The notes below the pieces were generated by a model, which saw only the letters and a list, made by a program, of their open reading frames with translations, had not been told where the DNA came from and did not search any database. The translations under genes and the position numbers were made by a program. From Candidatus Aenigmatarchaeota archaeon (GTDB lineage Archaea; Aenigmatarchaeota; Aenigmatarchaeia; GW2011-AR5), in contig JACPJW010000001.1 of assembly GCA_016187335.1 (NCBI GenBank), forward strand, positions 853,978 through 917,977: DNA of 64,000 nucleotides, given 5' to 3'. This document shows, piece after piece, positions 46,426 to 54,450 of the stretch (positions are counted from its first letter, which is position 1; each line of letters starts with the position of its first letter).

Positions 46426-47559
46426 TTATATACCGTGTTCTATGCCGTAAAGAATGGCTTCGGCCCTGCTGTGAACGCCTAATTTCTTGAAAAGAGTGCC
46501 AGCATGCGTTTCAACTGTTTTAACTTGTAATCCCATCCTTTTTGCGATCTGCCTATATGTATTTGCCTCGCCGCTGGCCAGAACGCGCAGCACTTCCTTT
46601 TCACGTCGTGTAAGAGGTTCAGGCGGGGAGTAATCATGTCCGGTGACTTGGTCCTGCCGGGATTCAAATCCATGAAAACTGCCGTTCCTTAAGAGTTCGC
46701 GGAACCTGGCGTAAACGATAAGTTGCGCTTTTTTTTCAAGACCCAGCTTTTCCATAATATGTGAAACATGTGCTTCAGCCGTCTTCACCGACATGCAAAG
46801 GCTGCCGGCAATCTCCTTGTTTCCGGTGCATACACCCTCCCCGATAAGCTTCAGGATTCTTTGCTCCATTGGGGCAAGTTTCAAAGTATTGTATTTAACG
46901 CCTTCGGGATGCCCGCGGAAATCTGCGTCTTCAGGCCTTCTGTAGACGTAGCCTATCCCGCCAACATTCATGATGTAGGGGGTTTCGGCGTCTCCGGTTT
47001 TCAAGTTAAGCGACCGGACCATTGAATCAACATCAATTTCATTCAAATGACCGTTTCCTGCTGCGTGGCTTAGTTCCTTGGGCGTCATGACAGTGCCGGA
47101 TGCCGCCAGCGCGTGCAGCAGCGACAGCTCCGGGCGCGACATTTCTCTGCGCCTGCCGCCAATCACCGCGTAATCCTCGGTCATCGTAATTTGCGAGTCT
47201 CTGTACACTATCCTTGGTTCTGCCATGTGCTTGAGCCTGTCCTGCTCAAACTTGATCCTTTCAACGTCAATCCGCATGCATACCCTCTCTCCATCTATCG
47301 GACTGATGTATCCTTGCGTCATAGCATCGTTCAAATAACTCCAAAATGTCCTGGCATCCATCCCCATATTCCTGCATTTAGCCCAAAGGGAATCTTCATA
47401 AAATATTCCGGTCTCCTGATTGGTGCTTTCAAGGGCTGCAAGAACAAGCTGCGCAAAACCGCTCATAGGGCGGTGATGCTGTTTGTTGTTTTGTCTCCTA
47501 TAGCTGAAATCATTTACTCCTGTCTGGTAAGTAATTTTTGCTCTTTTTCCTGAAGCCAT
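46426..47559 (-). CDS. transcriptional regulator with two LuxR/GerE-type HTH domains
   Basis: Two segments matching the LuxR-type HTH signature (MEQRILKLIGEGVCTGNKEIAGSLCMSVKTAEAHVSHIMEKLG and TRREKEVLRVLASGEANTYRQIAKRMGLQVKTVETHAGTLFKKLG). Confidence 0.6.
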   Translation of the reverse strand: MASGKRAKITYQTGVNDFSYRRQNNKQHHRPMSGFAQLVLAALESTNQETGIFYEDSLWAKCRNMGMDARTFWSYLNDAMTQGYISPIDGERVCMRIDVERIKFEQDRLKHMAEPRIVYRDSQITMTEDYAVIGGRRREMSRPELSLLHALAASGTVMTPKELSHAAGNGHLNEIDVDSMVRSLNLKTGDAETPYIMNVGGIGYVYRRPEDADFRGHPEGVKYNTLKLAPMEQRILKLIGEGVCTGNKEIAGSLCMSVKTAEAHVSHIMEKLGLEKKAQLIVYARFRELLRNGSFHGFESRQDQVTGHDYSPPEPLTRREKEVLRVLASGEANTYRQIAKRMGLQVKTVETHAGTLFKKLGVHSRAEAILYGIEHGI

Positions 47560-47792
47560 ATTACATGTTAAAACACAATGTTTTTAAATCCATGGCGTCT
47601 GGGACGATTTCCCATGCGACCTAAGCCTGCGCTGTTGTACAATCCTGCCCAGCTCTTGGAACAAAATTGCTAATCTGTTAACCCTTTTAAGCGCGCGGAA
47701 ACAAATTATCAAAGACATCAAAGACGGAATGAATTAGCTGGAATTTAACTGCGCGGGCTTTCCTTTCCGTTTTGATATGGAGGTTGTGAAAA

Positions 47793-48377
47793 ATGGCAGA
47801 AAATGTCAAGGACCTGATAGAGGAAGCGAAAAACCTTTCCGAGCTGATGCTGGATTTGTCTTATTCCGCCGTGCTTTTTGAGAGCAAGGACATAGCAAAA
47901 GAGGTCATTATATCTTACGACAGGCTGAAGGAGCTGCAGGAGCGGCTTTACATGCACCTGTTTGCTGCGTCGCGCGGAAAATTCTCAAGAAAGTTCGTGA
48001 GCATCATAGACCTGATAGAGAACGCCGAAAGGGTGGCTGTTGCCGCAAAGAACATGTCTGAGCTTGTTCTGGAAGGCAGGGAAATGCATCCTGTGATAAA
48101 GTCAGCCCTGAAAGGAAGCGACGAGACGATGGTCCGCACGCAGGTCAGCGGCAATTCCGTTCTTGCAGGCCAGGTGATAGGCGACCTGAAGATAAGGACG
48201 CAGACAGGCGCGCAGATTATAGCGATAAGAAGGGACGAGGGAGGGCGCAGCAAGTGGGTGTTCAGCCCGAAGAAGGATACAGTTATTGTAGGGAATGATG
48301 TTATCATCGCCGTGGGCCCGAAGCAGGCGTGCGACAAGCTGCGTAAACTAGCCGAAGGGGTGCTGAAAAAGTTATGA
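47793..48377 (+). CDS. PhoU-like / TrkA-C (RCK_C) regulatory protein
   Basis: Helical N-terminal domain and a C-terminal RCK_C-like beta domain (VSGNSVLAGQVIGDLKIRTQTGAQIIAIRR...VGNDVIIAVG). Stop abuts the start of the downstream transporter. Confidence 0.6.
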   Translation: MAENVKDLIEEAKNLSELMLDLSYSAVLFESKDIAKEVIISYDRLKELQERLYMHLFAASRGKFSRKFVSIIDLIENAERVAVAAKNMSELVLEGREMHPVIKSALKGSDETMVRTQVSGNSVLAGQVIGDLKIRTQTGAQIIAIRRDEGGRSKWVFSPKKDTVIVGNDVIIAVGPKQACDKLRKLAEGVLKKL

Positions 48378-49727
48378 GTGAGAGCGATGAAAAGGACGCA
48401 CAAAGGAACTTTTCAGGAAAGTTCCACCAGAACGGAGAGGGCACAACCAGAACCCCTTTCAGGCGAGAAGACGATTTACGAATCAATCGCCTCAACGTTT
48501 TCTGATTTCTTCAGCCTTCTCGGGGGGAGCTCCGATGTCCTGAGGCAGAGCCTCACGGCAATAATGCTGAGCATTGCAACGGACGTGTTTGCAGGCGTGC
48601 TGCTTCACGGCGCCGAGGAGACGCTGGCGCTTCTGCCGGGGCTTATCGTTCTTGTTCCGGCGGCCATAGGAATGCGCGGAAACATATTCTCGTCCATGGG
48701 CTCGCGCCTGGGATCTGCCCTCCATCTGGGAGCTGTTGACAGGCTGTCCCTTGACGACAGGACCGTGAAGAACAATATTTACGCCCCATTGAGCCTCAGC
48801 ATCATTTTTTCTGTCCTTTCCGCTTTCATCGCGAAAGCCGTGCTCCTTCTGGCAGGGTTCCCGAGCATAAGTGTTTTTTCGCTTGTCCTGATCTCCTTCA
48901 TCGGCGGCATGATATCAAGCATCCTCCTGCTGATAATCACCTTCGGCATTTCCTTCCAGTCATACAGGCGCGGATGGGATCCGGACAACCTTACGTCGCC
49001 TATGCTGTCAGGACTTGGCGACCTGTTCACGATACCGGCATTGCTCATCGCGGCGGAATTCGTCATTGGCCTGGGCGGCAGGACCCAGATTGCCGAGGTT
49101 TTTGTGCTTTCAATTTTCATTCTCAGCGTCCTTTTCTTCTTCAAGGCCGGGATGTCCAGGGAAGCGGTAGCGGGCAGCTACAGGGGGATAGTTCTTCAGA
49201 GCGCTCCCGTCATCGCGGTGGGCCTTCTGCTCGATTCTTTCGCCGGCCTTTTCATCCACATAAAATTCGAGAACTTCGCGACCCTCGGGTTCCTGATTGT
49301 CATGCTTCCAGCTTTCCTGGAAGAGGGCGGGAACATAGGGACTATACTCGCCTCCCGGCTTGGGACGAAGCTGCATCTGGGCACTTTGGACCCCGAGCTT
49401 ACGATATCAAAGGAAATAAAGAAGGAATTCTTCAACTCTTACTTCCTTGCCATGGTTATATTCCCTGTAGTTGCCGTGGCTTCGTACTTCACGGCAAGGA
49501 TACTTTCGATACCTGTCTTGCCGCTTGCGCAGGCCGTGTACATCTCCGTATTCGCGGGGCTTGCGCTGACGACGCTGATCATCATACTCAGCTTCTCGAT
49601 TTCCGTCATTTCCTACAAGCACAACCTGGATCCTGACAACGTTACGATACCGCTGATAACGAGCACAGCCGACCTGGTGGGCGCGTTCTCGCTTCTCGCA
49701 ACCGCAAGCCTGTTCGGGATAATTTAA
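48378..49727 (+). CDS. MgtE/SLC41-family divalent cation transporter (duplicated MgtE TM domain)
   Basis: Two internal repeats, each with PGLIVLVPAAIGMRGNIFSSMGSRLGSALHLG-like and DPDN(L/V)T motifs, and 10 TM segments. Confidence 0.7.
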   Translation: MRAMKRTHKGTFQESSTRTERAQPEPLSGEKTIYESIASTFSDFFSLLGGSSDVLRQSLTAIMLSIATDVFAGVLLHGAEETLALLPGLIVLVPAAIGMRGNIFSSMGSRLGSALHLGAVDRLSLDDRTVKNNIYAPLSLSIIFSVLSAFIAKAVLLLAGFPSISVFSLVLISFIGGMISSILLLIITFGISFQSYRRGWDPDNLTSPMLSGLGDLFTIPALLIAAEFVIGLGGRTQIAEVFVLSIFILSVLFFFKAGMSREAVAGSYRGIVLQSAPVIAVGLLLDSFAGLFIHIKFENFATLGFLIVMLPAFLEEGGNIGTILASRLGTKLHLGTLDPELTISKEIKKEFFNSYFLAMVIFPVVAVASYFTARILSIPVLPLAQAVYISVFAGLALTTLIIILSFSISVISYKHNLDPDNVTIPLITSTADLVGAFSLLATASLFGII

Positions 49728-49747
49728 GAAATAATATGTTCTTTGCT

Positions 49748-49844
49748 CAGAAAGCAAAGCTTTCTGGCAACTCAAGAAGCTTATGCTTCTTCGAGTTTTC
49801 CGTAGACGATTTTCGTTTTGATGCAACTTTTCTGAAAAGTTGCA
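49748..49844. repeat. hairpin cluster between convergent transporter and mscL genes: two A-type and one B-type
   Basis: cagaaagc-aaa-gctttctg (49748-49766), aagaagc-ttat-gcttctt (49774-49791), and tgcaactttt-ctg-aaaagttgca (49822-49844). A T-rich tract (tctatttcttttcatcttt) follows. Confidence 0.55.
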
Positions 49845-49850
49845 AAGGGT

Positions 49851-50147
49851 CTATTTCTTTTCATCTTTCGCGACCTTCTTCACGATAATGAAGACCACAA
49901 GCGCGATAATCAGGAAGTTTATCACTGCCGCAAGGAACGCGCCCCATCCGATGACAACAGGCCCTATGGACAGCTTTGCGGTCTGCCACTCCCCGCCGGG
50001 AATGAAAAAAGTTATCACGGGCATGATTACGTTGCTTACCAATGACTGCACCAGCGCCGTCAGGGCAAGCCCTATGATGAACGCCACTGCCAGTCCTACG
50101 ACTTTGTATTCCTGCAAAAATTCGCTGAACTCCTGCGCAAAGCCCAT
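49851..50147 (-). CDS. mscL: large-conductance mechanosensitive channel
   Basis: 98 aa. VVGLAVAFIIGLALTALVQSLVSNVIMPVI is the MscL TM1 signature, and the C-terminus is charged. Confidence 0.8.
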   Translation of the reverse strand: MGFAQEFSEFLQEYKVVGLAVAFIIGLALTALVQSLVSNVIMPVITFFIPGGEWQTAKLSIGPVVIGWGAFLAAVINFLIIALVVFIIVKKVAKDEKK

Positions 50148-50493
50148 AAAAATCCTTATCCACCCAAGAAGCAGGAAGAAGACCTAAATTCTCATAGGAG
50201 GCGAAAGGTTCTTAATGGTTTCAAGGCATCAGAACAGCGCGTCAACCTTCACTCCGTGCTCTGTTAAATCATCTGTTGCAAAAACAGGCGTTAAACTTCT
50301 GTTGCTGGACTTTTTCTCTGGATGGCGGTCTGAACGAATAAGCGAACTTATATAGCCCTTACTCTGTCGTCTTTTGTGATTGGTTAAATGATTGCGGTAA
50401 ATTATTGAATATCACTTTTGGCTGTTCTTGTTGTTTTCTTGCTGTTGAGGGAAGGGCTTTTAAAGTTAAGTTTGAAAAAATAAAATATAAGAA

Positions 50494-50781
50494 GTGTCTA
50501 AAATGGAACAGAAAGAAAAAGACAATATAATTAAAGAAATAAAAAAAAGAGCACCTCATCCTTCATGCCCTATTTGTGGCAATAAGCAATTTTCTTTGGC
50601 AGATGGCTATCATAACAAAAACCTGCAAGATAAATTATCTGGCGGAATCATTTTTGGTGGCAAAGCTATACCAACTGTTTGTGCAATATGTAGTAATTGC
50701 GGTTATATTGCAGAATTAGCCGTTGGTATTCTTGGATTTTTACCAAAAAGTGAGGGAAATGAAGATGAAAAACAAAAGTAA
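50494..50781 (+). CDS. small zinc-ribbon protein (AT-rich block)
   Basis: CPICGN ... CAICSNCG gives a four-Cys ribbon. About 30 % GC. Confidence 0.4.
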   Translation: MSKMEQKEKDNIIKEIKKRAPHPSCPICGNKQFSLADGYHNKNLQDKLSGGIIFGGKAIPTVCAICSNCGYIAELAVGILGFLPKSEGNEDEKQK

Positions 50782-51133
50782 AAAGCCGGCGATAAGCGAT
50801 ACCCCACTTAAAGTATATGATGTCGCAAAGAATGAAGGTTTATTTCGTATAACAGAAAACCAATTAGCTTCGGTATTACGTAAATCTCATGAAACAAAAA
50901 GTTATAAAGAAAGTTTTTTCTTTTCATTAAGTATCGTAATAGGAATTAGTCTTGTATTTGGAACAACTAATTTTATAGATGCTTTAGGTGTTCCATCAAC
51001 TTCTTGGCAAGCGGTTTTTATAATACTTTTTGGATTGGCTTTTTTATGTATTTGTTATTTTGGTTATAAGTGGTATACCAATAGATGTTCAGTAGATGAA
51101 ACCATAGAAAAACTAAAGGAAAATAAAATATAA
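50759..51133 (+). CDS. small membrane protein (AT-rich block)
   Basis: Two TM segments after a basic N-terminus. Overlaps the upstream zinc-ribbon ORF by 23 nt. Start at Met 50759 (TTG 50723 is also possible). Confidence 0.35.
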   Translation: MKMKNKSKKPAISDTPLKVYDVAKNEGLFRITENQLASVLRKSHETKSYKESFFFSLSIVIGISLVFGTTNFIDALGVPSTSWQAVFIILFGLAFLCICYFGYKWYTNRCSVDETIEKLKENKI

Positions 51134-51182
51134 CAATAGGATTTTAACAAGAGATGAATTTCACTGAAAAACAACAGTTCGT

Positions 51183-51923
51183 TTAACAGAGCATCACTCC
51201 GCTTTCCTTGAAAACTGCAGCCAGCTCGTCCCTGGTTCTTTCATAAAACTCCTTGCCCAGCTGCAGCTTATGCTTTTCCGCTATGCTTTTCCACAGCTGC
51301 GGGTAATTCAGCTTGTCTATGAACGCGCTGTCTATATTCGGCGAGACCGCGTTTCCTACTGCTGAAGCGTCCATCGGCAGCATCGGCCCTATGAACGCAT
51401 AAGTCCGCAGCCCTGCATCCTTGAGCTTTTTCAGCGTTTCTATCCTGACCCTGAAAGGCGGCGTGAACGGCTCAAAAATATTTTTTATTTTGTCGTTGTC
51501 CGTGGTGATGCTCACGCCGACGGTGCATTCCCTGAACTGCTGAAGCAGGTCAATATCGCGCATGACCAGAGGGGAACGTGTAAGGATAGTTATCGGAAAA
51601 TCATGCTTCAGCAGGATTTCCAGGCACTTCCTTGTCAGCTCGTATTTCTTTTCAAACGGCTGGTAAGGATCAGTAACGGAAGAAAGCATTACAACGCCCT
51701 TTTCTGCTTTCTTTATTTCCCTTTCCAGAAGCTCCGGTGCGTTCACCTTTACATCCAGATATCCGCCCCATTCCTCGTTGGGATGGAACTTGCGGATAAG
51801 CAGCTGCGCGTAGCAGTAAGTGCAGCCGAAGCCGCAGCCCATGTAGCAGTTCACGCAGTAATCCGTGATTCCGCTTTTGCTGAGGATGCTTCTAGCCTGA
51901 ACTTCGCGGATTTTCAGCGGCAT
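51183..51923 (-). CDS. radical SAM protein of the SplB-like (DNA repair photolyase) family
   Basis: CVNCYMGCGFGCTYCYA Cys cluster near the N-terminus. 246 aa. Confidence 0.65.
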   Translation of the reverse strand: MPLKIREVQARSILSKSGITDYCVNCYMGCGFGCTYCYAQLLIRKFHPNEEWGGYLDVKVNAPELLEREIKKAEKGVVMLSSVTDPYQPFEKKYELTRKCLEILLKHDFPITILTRSPLVMRDIDLLQQFRECTVGVSITTDNDKIKNIFEPFTPPFRVRIETLKKLKDAGLRTYAFIGPMLPMDASAVGNAVSPNIDSAFIDKLNYPQLWKSIAEKHKLQLGKEFYERTRDELAAVFKESGVMLC

Positions 51924-51984
51924 GATAAGAGTAAGCCGGGAAAGTTAAAAAAGAAGCAGGGTGAAAATCATAGCGCGCAAGTGA

Positions 51985-52650
51985 TTACGAAGCCGGCACG
52001 TCCCGGTAAAGAATGTCCAGGGCATCGGTGATTTCCGGCGTGATTTCCTGCGAATAAGCGTTGAACGGGAACATCACGCTGTGGGAATTGTCGTTGTGGG
52101 CGAAGCCCATTACGTGCCCTATCTCGTGCATTATCTGGACAAGGTTCTCGGCGCCCCCGAAAGTGGGCTCCAGTTTCATTTCTCCTCCCGTTATCAGGCT
52201 GTAGTCGTCATACTGGTATCCGAACGGCCTTGCCTCGCCTATCGTGTCGCTTGTCAGGTTCGTGACGAGCTTTATGGTTATCCCGTCCTCCGGTTTCTGG
52301 GATGCCTGCACGAACATTACCCTTCCTTTCGTGGCGTTTTCCCACCTGTCAAACGCTGTCCTTACGTTCCTCATCGTCAGCTCGTACTTGTATTCGTTGA
52401 TTTCCGTGTCGTTGTACACGTAGTAAGGCATCGGCGATTTCACTATCGGGAACTTAACGAGAAGCGGGTGCTTTATTTCCGTTGCCGGCGGCTTGTAGTT
52501 CTCGTAGTCAAAGCCTTTGCTGGTTTCAAGGTTTTTGTTCTGGACGGCCTTCTCGTAGCCGTATGTTCCCTGCGTTCCCTGCGAGACGCATGCCGAAGCG
52601 AGCACGGCAAGAATTAACGCAAGCGCAGATAAGTTCCTGAAAAGTTTCAT
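51985..52650 (-). CDS. secreted metzincin-type zinc metalloprotease (matrixin/archaemetzincin-like)
   Basis: Signal peptide, then HEIGHVMGFAHNDNSHSVMFP (HExxHxxGxxH plus Met-turn). Confidence 0.75.
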   Translation of the reverse strand: MKLFRNLSALALILAVLASACVSQGTQGTYGYEKAVQNKNLETSKGFDYENYKPPATEIKHPLLVKFPIVKSPMPYYVYNDTEINEYKYELTMRNVRTAFDRWENATKGRVMFVQASQKPEDGITIKLVTNLTSDTIGEARPFGYQYDDYSLITGGEMKLEPTFGGAENLVQIMHEIGHVMGFAHNDNSHSVMFPFNAYSQEITPEITDALDILYRDVPAS

Positions 52651-52714
52651 AATAACAAATGCTGCGGTTAGATTTTAATAAGCAATCACAATAGATTAAT
52701 GAATCGTCTGGATT

Positions 52715-52906
52715 GCGTCTGTAGTCTAAACAACTTTTCTTGGAAAGAAAAATTGTATCAAAAGAATCCAAGAAAGTTGGGATAACGGTTAGGACCTCAG
52801 CCTTCCATGAAAGGCTGTCAGAAGAAAATTTTAGAAAGAAGTTTTTGACCAAACTTTTTTCTAAAAAGTTTGGCTGATGATCCGGGTTCGAATCCCGGCG
52901 GACGCA
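52715..52906 (+). tRNA. tRNA-Gly(UCC) with two introns (D-loop intron and canonical 37/38 intron)
   Basis: Acceptor GCGTCTG/CGGACGC, TA, D-stem GTCT (52724-52727) pairing GGAC (52792-52795), and D-loop AAAC[intron about 52732-52785]CGGTTA. C26, anticodon stem TCAGC (52797-52801), loop C-T-TCC-A (52802-52807), intron 52808-52871, G38, stem GCTGA (52873-52877), variable TGAT, T-arm CCGGG-TTCGAAT-CCCGG, discriminator A. Matches the archaeal tRNA-Gly pattern GTAGTCTA..GGTTAGGAC...CTTCCA. Confidence 0.75.
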
Positions 52907-52912
52907 TTATTT
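52892..52912. repeat. 21-nt direct repeat copy 1 (tRNA-Gly 3' end, attL-like)
   Basis: atcccggcggacgcattattt, identical to 54430-54450. Confidence 0.7.
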
Positions 52913-52915
52913 GAA

Positions 52916-53209
52916 TTAAAGTTCGATGTGAAGAACCCTTTTGATGAATTCTTTCATTTCCTGCGACTTTGTAGAATTCAGTGACACATGCAATCCGTAG
53001 GAAGTCGGCTTTTTTATTATGAAGCCTTCTCTTGCCAGCTCGTCGGCAAGCCTGCCTATTCTCTTGTGCCCTGACTTTCCCAGATGCTGCGGCTTGAATC
53101 CTTTTGAAATATTCTCGAAATCAGTATGCCTTCCGTGAAAATATCCGTGCTTTGCAAGCTTGTACAAAATCCATGCCTTCAACTCCTCATCGCTTTTTTC
53201 TTGTCTCAT
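52916..53209 (-). CDS. hypothetical small protein (possible winged-helix) inside cassette 1
   Basis: 97 aa basic ORF. No confident family. Confidence 0.35.
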   Translation of the reverse strand: MRQEKSDEELKAWILYKLAKHGYFHGRHTDFENISKGFKPQHLGKSGHKRIGRLADELAREGFIIKKPTSYGLHVSLNSTKSQEMKEFIKRVLHIEL

Positions 53210-53262
53210 ATGCTTTACATCTAAAATAAAGCTTTTAATACTTTAATTCTCTATATTTTTGT

Positions 53263-53580
53263 ATGGAAACATTGCTGAAATCCTTGAGGCCGAACATAAC
53301 GGACCTGATAAACCCTTCGGTCAGAAAAGTCCTTGAATTTCTGGTTGAAAACAGGGGGTTTGATTACTCGAAAGAAGAAATAGCCGGAGGCTCGGGTATA
53401 TCGCGCCCCACATTATACAGGATATGGCCAATGCTGGAAAGGAACGGGCTGCTTCAGGCAACGAGGAAATACGGGAAAACGCAGCTTTACAAGATAAACG
53501 AAAGCAGCGAGCTAGTCAAGCTCCTGATAAAGCTGGAGATAGCCGCGGTGAAGGAGCAGTTCAAGCGGATGGAAAGATAA
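53263..53580 (+). CDS. winged-helix transcriptional regulator (MarR/ArsR-like) inside cassette 1
   Basis: VRKVLEFLVENRGFDYSKEEIAGGSGISRPTLYRIWPMLERNGLL is a wHTH. Confidence 0.5.
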   Translation: METLLKSLRPNITDLINPSVRKVLEFLVENRGFDYSKEEIAGGSGISRPTLYRIWPMLERNGLLQATRKYGKTQLYKINESSELVKLLIKLEIAAVKEQFKRMER

Positions 53581-53656
53581 CATGAAGGGCAGATGCAGAT
53601 TTATTATGATGAAGAGGGCGGGAAATAAAGAGAAAGGTTTAGTTCTTGAGATTCTG

Positions 53657-53668
53657 GGCGGACGCATT
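53657..53668. repeat. 12-nt partial copy of the tRNA-Gly 3'-end repeat (internal att-like remnant)
   Basis: ggcggacgcatt, identical to the core of the 21-nt repeat. Confidence 0.45.
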
Positions 53669-53707
53669 GATTAATGGCAATTATAAGACTTTGCCTAAAA
53701 TTCAACT

Positions 53708-54376
53708 TTAGCTAGTAAAACTGCGCCATCTAATTGTTCCTTTTTTTGTAACTTCCCATATGCCGCTTTCAGTTACACTTTCTACCTCAAAATCATATTT
53801 TTCTACAACTTCTCTAATTTGCGGGTCAAATTCTGGCGGAACGTAAATTGTTCCGCGATTTCGGTAATGACTAAGGTCGTTTGATCTCACCCCAATCCCC
53901 ATTTCTTTAAGTGTTCCGTTTATATGTCTCCAAAATTCTTCCTTCTCTCGGTTTCGGTAAGGTTTTGGTTTTAATTTATATCCTGAAAGAGGCTGTACCA
54001 GTTCGACGTTGGAAGGGCCTTCAAGTCTGTCTATTGTATCTTCTTTTGGATGTTTATTGATATCCGGGGCGTTGTAAAATGGTTCTACCATATCTACAAG
54101 AATAGGCGATCCGTATTGAATCCAAGGCGGAACAAGTACGTATCCTTTGCTTGGCGAATCTGATCTCGGAACCAAGTACAAATGACCTGGTGATGCTAGA
54201 TGAAATCTTTTAGATGAAGAAATTAAACCACCAATCTCTTCTTGATCAACTCTAGAAAGCCTGTTTCCAGATAATCTGTTGAGTTCATCATCAAGCTGAT
54301 CTCGAGAGGAGGCGAATTGATTATAAACCCTAACAACATCTTGAGAGGAAGGTATCATAGCCACACAACTTTTCAC
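53708..54376 (-). CDS. hypothetical protein inside cassette 2
   Basis: 222 aa ORF. No recognisable motif. Confidence 0.4.
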   Translation of the reverse strand: MKSCVAMIPSSQDVVRVYNQFASSRDQLDDELNRLSGNRLSRVDQEEIGGLISSSKRFHLASPGHLYLVPRSDSPSKGYVLVPPWIQYGSPILVDMVEPFYNAPDINKHPKEDTIDRLEGPSNVELVQPLSGYKLKPKPYRNREKEEFWRHINGTLKEMGIGVRSNDLSHYRNRGTIYVPPEFDPQIREVVEKYDFEVESVTESGIWEVTKKGTIRWRSFTS

Positions 54377-54429
54377 TACTTTATAGTAATATATATTTAA
54401 AGATATCGCCTTATCGCCCGCCTTCCTTT

Positions 54430-54450
54430 ATCCCGGCGGACGCATTATTT
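54430..54450. repeat. 21-nt direct repeat copy 2 (attR-like)
   Basis: atcccggcggacgcattattt. It provides the stop codon of the 54445-55653 gene. Confidence 0.7.

Noticed and set aside
47643-47656. Possible downstream att copy for tRNA-Cys (cccagct)
   Set aside because: Only a 7-nt match to the tRNA 3' end. This is too short to call, so it is mentioned only as a weak hint.
48974-49636. 220-aa Arg/His-rich ORF in an alternative frame
   Set aside because: Internal to the MgtE-like transporter gene. Composition is typical of an off-frame GC-rich reading.
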